Of a stretch of DNA of 60,000 nt, positions 49,850 to 60,000 are shown piece by piece. The translations under genes and the position numbers were made by a program. The notes under the pieces are model-generated. The model was given only the letters and a program-made list of their open reading frames with translations. It made no database searches and was not told the origin of the DNA. Source of the stretch: Malacoraja senta (taxonomy: Eukaryota); contig CM075991.1 in the NCBI GenBank assembly GCA_038087875.1, positions 12,898,001 through 12,958,000 on the forward strand, given 5' to 3'. Every line of letters starts with the position of its first letter. Position 1 is the stretch's first letter.

Positions 49850-52802
49850 AGGGCCTGTCCCACTTAGGCAATTTTTTAGCCGACTACAGGCGACTAGGCT
49901 GTCGCCACATGGTCACCGGGGTGTCGCCTGTATGGTCACGAGTCGTCTCCTCAGTCACCCAAAGAGTCATAGCGTCTATCTGGTCGCTGCTGGATTTTCA
50001 ACATGTTCAAAAATTGTTGGCGACAGTGGGTTTGACGCCAATGAGCGTAGCTTGACTTCTCCTGACGTTGGTGCTGTCATTGGTTGTCGCCAGGTGACGT
50101 AGGTTGTCGCCGGTGCTGACTTTGGTGAATTCCATTGGCGACAACCTACATCAACCTACGTCAACCTACATCAACCTACAGCAACCTACAACCTACATCA
50201 ACCTACATCAACCTACATCAACCTACATCAACCTACATCAACCTACATCAACCTACATCAACCTACATCAACCTACAACCTACATCAACCTACATCAACC
50301 TACAACCTACATCAACCTACATCAACCTACAGCAACCTACATCAACCTACGTCAACCTACATCAACCTACATCAACCTACGTCAACCTACATCAACCTAC
50401 AGCAACCTACATCAACCTACAACCTACATCAACCTACATCAACCTACATCAACCTACATCAACCTACATCAACCTACATCAACCTACATCAACCTACATC
50501 AACCTACATCAACCTACGTCAACCTACATCAACCTACAACCTACATCAACCTACATCAACCTACATCAACCTACATCAACCTACATCAACCTACATCAAC
50601 CTACATCAACCTACATCAACCTACATCAACCTACATCAACCTACAACCTGCATCAACCTACATCAACCTACATCAACCTACATCAACCTACATCAACCTA
50701 CAACCTACATCAACCTACATCAACCTACAACCTACATCAACCTACAACCTACATCAACCTACATCAACCTACATCAACCTACATCAACCTACATCAACCT
50801 ACAACCTACATCAACCTACATCAACCTACATCAACCTACATCAACCTACATCAACCTACATCAACCTACAACCTACATCAACCTACATCAACCTACATCA
50901 ACCTACAACCTACATCAACCTACATCAACCTACAACCTACATCAACCTACATCAACCTACATCAACCTACATCAACCTACATCAACCTACAACCTACATC
51001 AACCTACATCAACCTACAACAACCTACATCAACCTACATCAACCTACATCAACCTACATCAACCTACATCAACCTACATCAACCTACAACCTACATCAAC
51101 CTACATCAACCTACAACCTACATCAACCTACATCAACCTACAGCAACCTACATCAACCTACGTCAACCTACATCAACCTACATCAACCTACGTCAACCTA
51201 CATCAACCTACAGCAACCTACATCAACCTACAACCTACATCAACCTACATCAACCTACATCAACCTACATCAACCTACATCAACCTACATCAACCTACAT
51301 CAACCTACATCAACCTACATCAACCTACGTCAACCTACATCAACCTACAACCTACATCAACCTACATCAACCTACATCAACCTACATCAACCTACATCAA
51401 CCTACATCAACCTACATCAACCTACATCAACCTACATCAACCTACATCAACCTACAACCTGCATCAACCTACATCAACCTACATCAACCTACATCAACCT
51501 ACATCAACCTACAACCTACATCAACCTACATCAACCTACAACCTACATCAACCTACAACCTACATCAACCTACATCAACCTACATCAACCTACATCAACC
51601 TACATCAACCTACATCAACCTACATCAACCTACAACCTACATCAACCTACATCAACCTACAACCTACATCAACCTACATCAACCTACAACCTACATCAAC
51701 CTACATCAACCTACATCAACCTACATCAACCTACATCAACCTACAACCTACATCAACCTACATCAACCTACAACAACCTACATCAACCTACATCAACCTA
51801 CAACCTACATCAACCTACATCAACCCACAACCTACATCAACCTACAACCTACAACAACCTACATCAACCTACAACAACCTACATCAACCTACATCAACCT
51901 ACAACCTACATCAACCTACATCAACCTACAACAACCTACATCAACCTACATCAACCTACAACCTACATCAATCTACGTCAACCTACAACAACCTACATCA
52001 ACCTACATCAACCTACATCAACCTACATCAACCTACATCAACCTACAACCTACATCAACCTACATCAACCTACAACAACCTACATCAACCTACATCAACC
52101 TACAACCTACATCAACCTACATCAACCTACAACAACCTACATCAACCTACATCAACCTACAACCTACATCAATCTACGTCAACCTACAACAACCTACATC
52201 AACCTACATCAACCTACATCAACCTACATCAACCTACATCAACCTACAACCTACATCAACCTACATCAACCTACAACAACCTACATCAACCTACATCAAC
52301 CTACAACCTACATCAACCTACAACCTACAACAACCTACATCAACCTACAACAACCTACATCAACCTACATCAACCTACAACCTGCATCAACCTACAACCT
52401 ACATCAACCTACAACCTACATCAACCTACAACAACCTACATCAACCTACATCAACCAACATCAACCTGCATCAACCTGCGACAGGTACCAACGACTGAAT
52501 TGTCTTCAGTTGTCGCCAACAGGGTCACTGCTTGTCATTGCTTATCGCAGGTGGACGTAGGTTGACTTTGGTTGTCATAGGCTGTTGCCTGTGTGGCCGT
52601 AGGTATGGCTGTAGGTGTGGCCGTAGGTGGCCGTTCTAATGGGTAGCCGGTTGTCGGTAGCTTGCTGTAACTTGACGTCGACTAGGTGGTAGCTTGTTGT
52701 AGACATTGTCGTGGTGGGGGGGGGGTTCCAGTCGCAGTTTTTTCGGTGACCTGCCACAACTATCACAGTCGCCTAAAAAATCGCCTAAGTGGTACAGGCC
52801 CT
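49850..52802. mobile_element. Harbinger/PIF-type non-autonomous element containing a satellite
   Basis: TIRs AGGGCCTGTCCCACTTAGGCAATTTTTTAG and CTAAAAAATCGCCTAAGTGGTACAGGCCCT; TTA duplication at 49847-49849 and 52803-52805. Confidence 0.85.
50143..52479. repeat. 10-bp minisatellite (AACCTACATC)n with 7-bp AACCTAC variants
   Basis: Directly visible, about 2.3 kb. Confidence 0.97.
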
Positions 52803-53625
52803 TTATGATTGGACAAAGCATCTACCCATTCTATCCAAAAATTAATGCCGTAGTTTGAAAAGAGAAGCGTTACAGCTTTAAGATCGCTTCTTATATCTAA
52901 ACAGAATGGTAATATGGTAATTTTGAAGTGTTGCAAAGGAATGTCATTGTAAGGTTCAGACAGCTGATGATGGATGGTGCTGATACAGGCTTGAAATTGT
53001 GAGGAAATATTCCAGATCCATCAACTCCTTCAACCTCCTGATGCAGTTAACGCTTCTCTGCATCTGAGAGCAGAAATACTCATAAACGCTGTACTTCTCA
53101 GGTAATTGACTTTTTTTGCAGGAATTCTCAGTTTCCCTATAAAAAGAAAATTCATTTCAAATTACTAATCTAATGTCATCATTATGTTTACTAAGCATGG
53201 ATGATGTATATGAGAGATGCTGGCTTGCTCCTGAGTGCTTAATGACGCATAAGATTAAGTCCTGTGCTTCAGCTGTGCCGTGCCTCCCCTTCTGGTTCCC
53301 AGGCTGGCAAGGCATCCCGGGAAATCAAGGTAGCTGCTTTTGATGGCCGCTGCGTTTACCTGCCTGTGTACAAGCAGCTGTCAGACTCCAGCCGCTTGTA
53401 ATTGATCTCTACAATAAACCAGGGCCCAAGACCAACCTCGGTCCAGGGCCCAACCCGTCTGCACCCTGGACTTGTCACAATCCCTTCTCCTGAAGGTGCT
53501 GACTCATTGACAGAACACAGGAACGGAGAGGGAGGTGGCCATTTGGCCCATCAAGCCCTGCCATCCAAACACATACTCACCAACACTTACTCCCAGCATC
53601 AATGACGTACAACATCAAAGACAAA

Positions 53626-54252
<627 letters not shown>

Positions 54253-54789
54253 GAGTGGGAGTACGGTTCTGAAGACCCCTGAATTTGACCTTAGTGGCCA
54301 CAACTAAGCTTGAACACTGAGTGTTTGTGAATCATTTAGGCACCAAATCTGATGACATTCTCACCCAACATCTGCACAGGATAAGGTCAACGGCTTGTGT
54401 CCCTTCTTCATGGAAACCTCAAGCTCATTTTAGCCCCACTATTTCTGCCCCCACTGAACAGAGACTACAGACAGGGGATTAAAACCTGCGAGTTATTCAG
54501 CAGCGACAGGCAAACATTCACTGGAACATCGGGAGCTGATGAAGGTTAGTCAGGTCTAGGTGAGCTTACTGTCATGTACACCAGCATGGTGAGGTGTAGA
54601 TTCACTGTAGATCTTCCTTCAAACCAGCAGGACATGTACACAACTCAGACAACTCACCAAAATATAAATTATACATAAATTACACATAAATTGCGCGACA
54701 GTAACAATTCCACCTCAAAGTGCTGATTCCATTCCCATTTTTAATCGGAATCCATATCCGTCCTTTTCCCAATGCCTTCCCCATCCTTA

Positions 54790-55050
54790 TACTGTTTCCA
54801 CGTGCGGATTCGGTCCACTCTCACCCATGGCTGCCGGAAGGGGGAGTGGACGCAGGCGCGTATTAGCAGCCGCTGCTCTCTCTTCCATACTGTGTTTTTG
54901 ATTTTTGTGATTTTTTTAAAATTCTGTTTTAATTTGTGTACTTATGATGTCTTTACTATTTATTTCATTCCGTTTACTGTAAAATCTGTAAGGTGTCCTT
55001 GAGATTTGAAAGGCGCCCATAAATAAAATGTATTATTATTATTATTATTA
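54790..55050 (+). mobile_element. L2-like LINE/SINE 3' end
   Basis: GTAAGGTGTCCTTGAG...GAAAGGCGCCCATAAATAAAATG followed by a (TAT)n tail. Confidence 0.6.
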
Positions 55051-55721
55051 TAGCCTTGATTTCATTCCACACCCATATTCATATCTAACTTACATTCTGT
55101 GCCAGACATCCACTGCCTTGCTCTGGTTCCAGCTACAGTCACAGAACAGTAGTCTTGTCCTAGTTACATTCCTGGCCAATTTGATTGCACTTTTTCAAAT
55201 TCCATCTCTTTTCTTTCACTTCCATCACCACCTTTTGTCCACTAAATTATTCTGCCTTGTTTCTCGTTCCATTGCCAGCCTTGTTCTGATTTCACTTCCG
55301 GCCAATTTCCAATTCCCAATTCCATGTCCTGCTTTGTTCCAGATGCAACCCAGCCTTCTGCCAAACCCCTCCCATTCTAATCATAAATCTGTATTTTTAT
55401 AAAACTATTTCCAGTCATGAGTGGTGGAGAAAGTTCCAAAAAGAAAAAATGAGGAACTGAATTAGCAGACACTTGTTCATGTGTGGCTTGGTCAAAGAAA
55501 GGCAGCATGGATTTGTGAGAGTCAAATTGTGTAATAAATATAACCGTTTTTTGATGGATTAACAGGGAGGGGGGATGAGATATTTTTGGACTTCCAAACT
55601 CCATTTAATAAGTTGCAACATAATGGGTTTGACATCAAGACCATGGAATAGAGGGAGCTGGAGTAGCGTGGATAGAAACACAAGTTGGGTTTCAGCAAAC
55701 TGACAGTAGTAATGCAAGAGT

Positions 55722-55935
55722 GGAGAAGGGTCTCGACCTGAAACGTCACCTATCCATGTTCTCCACAGATGCTGCCTGACCCGCTGAGTTACTCCAGCAC
55801 TCTGTGAAACGTCACCTATCCATGTTCTCCACAGATGCTGCCTGACCCGCTGAGTTACTCCAGCACTCTGTGAAACGTCACCTATCCATGTTCTCCACAG
55901 ATGCTGCCTGACCCGCTGAGTTACTCCAGCACTCT
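55722..55935. repeat. Three 66-bp tandem units of the Penelope-type repeat, opposite orientation
   Basis: Reverse complement of the unit at 2481-2678. Confidence 0.8.
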
Positions 55936-57089
55936 GCAGCACTATTAAGCAGCAGGTTTTTTTGGGATGAAGGGAACATTGCATTGTAGTTCCCCAGGGA
56001 TGGGTACTTGCACTGCTGCTAATATATATATAAATGATTTAGATGTGTGTACAGGACACCGTCTTCAATGACAGACACACATAATATAGCAAGCTGTGAG
56101 GAAGATTGTTATAGATTTCTAGCAGATATGGACAGGTTAGTAAAATATGTGGATGGGTAGCAGATGAAACTTAACATTGAAAAATGCAAAATGTTATATT
56201 TTTCTAAGATGAATGATGAGCCAAAATATAGTAAAGGACACAATTAGCAAATTGCTACAATAACAGGCAGCTGCTATATTTATGCAAGTCTCTGTGTGGC
56301 AGATAGAGAAATGGTGAAACAAATCATCTAGGATGCCAAGGCTTTATACGTAGTTACAGAGTACAAGACACAGGAAGTCTGCACCACACTGTAGGAAGGT
56401 TGTGACTGGACTGAAGAGGGAGCAAGGAGATTGCCCAGGATGTCGTGTAGGACGAGGTACCTCAATCATGAGGGGAGTCTGGACAGGCTGGGTTTGTCTT
56501 CCATTGGGAAGAGCAGCCTGACACAGGTCTAACTGAGATGTACAAAATTGTGAGTGTCATAGGTAGCCACTTGTTAGTAGCAAGCAAAAATATCTAAACC
56601 CAGATGGCAAAGGTTTAGGATCAGAGGTTTAGAGGGAAAATAAGAAAGGATCTTGTTGATGTGGAATGCCCAAGATGCCTGAGATGTTGGGGAGAGAGAG
56701 ACTCACACTACATTGAAGAGAGGTCTAGAGCAGCACATGGATCACCAAGGCTGAGGAGGTACAAGGTGCTGCAAATGGGTTTAGATGGATGCTTGACAGT
56801 CAGTAGTGGTGAGAGACCAAAGCAGCTGTTTCTGTATTAGATGATGATGTGTTTGGGATATGGATGTCACAGGCAAGGCCAGCATCATTAAACACTGCCG
56901 TCTTCCAGAGGGGTGTGTGTACGGTGTTCTAGTATTCAGAACAGCAAGAATGAAGAAGCAATGTATTTCCAGGTGGGGTTGGTGGAGGGGAGCATCACAA
57001 CTGCACGATGTGAGGAGCCCACAAGCAGGGTTGTGGTGTTTCACGATGCTGGTCTTGCCAGTCACATCCGAGACGGCAGTGGTTTAACT

Positions 57090-57750
57090 CGACAGGATTT
57101 CCAAAAGGTTAATTTGCAAGTTGAATTGGTAGTAAGAAAGGCAAATGTAAAGTTAACATTTATTTTGAGAGGACTAGAGTAAAAACAGGGATGTAATGCT
57201 GAGGCATTATGCGGCACTAGCCAGACCATATTTGGAGCATTGTGAGCAGTTTAGGGCCCCTTATCTGAGGAGGGATGTGCTGGCGGTGGAGAGTGCCCAG
57301 AGGAGGTTTACGAGAATGATCACAGGAATGATTGCATTAACGTTTGATGAGCGTTTGACAGCACAGGGCTTGTACTCGCTGGAGTTTAGAAGGATGAGGG
57401 GGAACCTCATTGAAACTTACCGAATAGTGAAAGGCCTGGATTGAGTGAATGTGGAGAGGATGTTTCCACGAGTGAGAGAGTCTAGGACCAGAGGTCACAG
57501 CCTCGGAATAAAATCATGTTTATTTAGAAAGGAGATGAGGAAGAATTTCTTTAGTCAGAGGGTGGTGAATCAGACAGCAGTGGAGACCAAGTCATTGAGT
57601 ATTTTTTAAGGCAGAGATTGACGGATACTTGATTGGTAAGGGTGTCAGGGGTTATGGGAAGAGGGAAGAAGGCAGGAGAATGGGGTTGAGATGGAATGAT
57701 TGAACTCGATGGGCCAAATGGCCTACTTCTGCTCAAATGACTTATCAACA
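57090..57750 (+). mobile_element. CR1-like LINE ORF2 3' fragment
   Basis: YAALARPYLEHCEQFRAPYLRRDVLAVESAQRRFTRMI...GLYSLEFRRMRGNLIETYRIVKGLD. Confidence 0.85.
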
Positions 57751-59627
57751 TCCATATGCTAAAAGAGTCATTAAGTCCCACAGTTTCTGTGTCATAATGG
57801 TGCAGAAGCTGACAGGAACCTGTAGGTGGTGGTGTTCTCCTGTGCAACTTACTCTTGTCCCTCTTGGTGGTAATGGTTTTGAGTGGTAGGTACTATTAGA
57901 ATAGTCTATATTTTGTAGATGGCACACACTGCAACTAAGGTCGAAGTGGCTTACATATCTGCACATTTTTGGCCCCTAGTTTGAATGGCCAGATCTGTTC
58001 TGAGTTTGTTCCATGTCGAACAAGTGTAGGGCCAGACAAGACGTCACAAAATGAGAAGAGAATGTCTCCACAAGGACTGTGTGGTGTTCGTTCCCTCCAA
58101 TGTCAGGGACAGATACTTCCGCCAGTCTTGTTTTAATTCCACTTGCAGGCTTGTTGTGAGTCTGGCTGCTTTACTATTAGTTGGATCTTATAACTTAGTA
58201 ACAGTCGGCCACTGCTCCACCTCTCCTTCTTCACGCTGAGCTTTCTGCACAGGTTCAACATGTGTAAATGCATCTGTACCCATGATTCTCCACTTATTTC
58301 ATCCCAGTCGTTTTTCTTCTCAAAATAATTTGCGTTTTATTGAGGTAATGTATTTAACACTAGTGCCTGTCATCCAGACTCACACCGACACACACACAGA
58401 TACACGACACACACATGACACACACACAGATACACACACACACAGATACACCACAGCTTGGCCTTGATTCCAACGTTAGAAAGGCTTTGAGCTCAAGTTA
58501 GAACTGCCTCTAGTTGCAATATTTTCACTGAGTCAAGAATTCCTGGGAAGGTGAAGTGAAGGGAAAAGGCCCAGGTTCAGCAGCAAAGGGGAATGGGCTA
58601 TATGAAGAGCAGCAACAGCTTGTGTTTATGTAGCTGTCATAATGTGATGAAGCCCCACAATCATTGGCATTGTGAAGAAGAGCAAAGGAGATGGGACAGT
58701 CCAACTGGGAGATGACCCGTTGATGATACAGCAGTAGCTATGTAACCAGAATTGTGGACAGCCGGGTGTCCTGGGGTCAGGAAGCCAGTGGTTGAAGGAC
58801 AGATAAACACTTCCTCCACATCAGGTCCATTGAGTCAGGGATTGCTTCTCATGAGAGGGATGATTGGACTCCCTGCCCCATGGCTTGTGTGTGATTGACC
58901 ACACCTCCAGGGTGGAATTGCTACTTGCCCACAGTTGGCAGTCACACCTATCTCCTCACTCCGCCTGCTCCAGGCTTCTCCACACTTGACTGGAAGCACA
59001 CATGCCAACCCAGCTCATATCCTGTCAATGATTAAAACCCTGGAGTTAAAAGTCCAACCGAGTGCAAGAAAATCCTCAAGTTACTGGCTTCCCATCCAAA
59101 ACCCCTCCCTTCACCTATGTAACTGACTCTCAATGTTTGACCCTTCTGCTCTTTGTCTAATATTATACATCTCAGTGAAGTATCTCTTCAGCCTCCTCTT
59201 TTCCAAAGAAAACAATCCTATCTTTCCTCAAGGCTATAAAAACATCCTCATAAATCTCCTCCACACTTTCTCTAGTAAGCAGTGACGAACACTATACACT
59301 GTTCTAATTACTGCAAGGAAAGTTCAATCAGGGCTTAATAGAGGTGATCAAAATCATAAAACAAACGTTGATGGAGGAAGTAAGGAAACCAGCCCCAGAT
59401 TAAGCAGGGCTCGATTGAGTACGATCGAGGAAGTTGTAGATTTTCATGTAACTGGTAAAAATATAAGTGGCAATTGAGGCAAGATTCTTAGTCTGTGGGA
59501 GGTTCTGCCGTAGAAAGCAGTTCCTGAAAGAGTAGGCAAAGTAATTCAGTGGTAACATTAGTAGATAATTAGATTAATGCTGAACAGAAAATCTACAGGA
59601 CCATGTGTAAAGAACAGGGGAGTGAGA

Positions 59628-59916
59628 TTAGTTTAGTTTAGAGATACAACGCAGAAACAGGCCCTTCGGCCCACCGAGTCCGCACCGACCAGCGATCCCC
59701 ACACATTAACACTATCCTACACGAACTAGGGACAATTTTACAAACCTACAAACCAGCATTTCTTTGGAGTGTGGGAGGAAAGCAAAGATCTCAGAGAAAA
59801 CCCACGCAGGTCACGGGGAGAAGGTACAATCTCCGTACAGACAGTACCCGTAGTCGGGATCGAACCCGAGTCTCTGGCGCGGTGAGGCAGTAGCTCTATC
59901 GCTGCGCCACCGTGAC
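59628..59916 (-). mobile_element. V-SINE (HE1-like), well preserved
   Basis: On -: CACGGTGGCGCAGCGATAGAG...CGGGTTCGATCCCGACT head through to the CTAAACTAAACTAA tail. Confidence 0.85.
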
Positions 59917-60000
59917 GCCTGTTATTAGATTAATTTAATTTTTTTGTCCACGCAACCTGCACAAAGAGCAGCATGAAAGATCTCCCTCTGTCCTGTATCG

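Noticed and set aside
50104..52560. 818-aa and 787-aa ORFs of PTSTYINLHQ repeats; CRISPR-like or mucin-like appearance
   Set aside because: A stop-free 10-bp satellite inside a MITE, with no unique spacers, no cas genes and no gene context.

Overview
Eukaryotic, intron-rich genomic DNA from a vertebrate. The repeat content (V-SINE/HE1-like SINEs, CR1-type LINE tails, Penelope-type hairpin repeats) points to a cartilaginous fish, probably a skate or ray; this is inference. Two spliced genes were rebuilt by hand with GT-AG junctions and consistent phases. (1) The last 8 exons of USP39 on + (349-10595). (2) A complete 11-exon, 379-aa gene on - (36203-13365) with signal peptide, SapA, three SapB and a final SapA domain. 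Its exon sizes, phases and tail-to-tail position next to USP39 mark it as a surfactant protein B (SFTPB) orthologue-like gene, notable in a lineage without lungs or a swim bladder. I recognised no cellular coding exons from 37 to 60 kb. That part holds LINE and SINE debris, two long (CA)n arrays and a Harbinger-type MITE containing a 2.3-kb 10-bp satellite. Across the window there is an abundant family of short, often hairpin-forming inserts with 11-16-bp target duplications and a minimal hammerhead-ribozyme-like motif. The long ORFs in the supplied track (700-840 aa) are simple-repeat artefacts.
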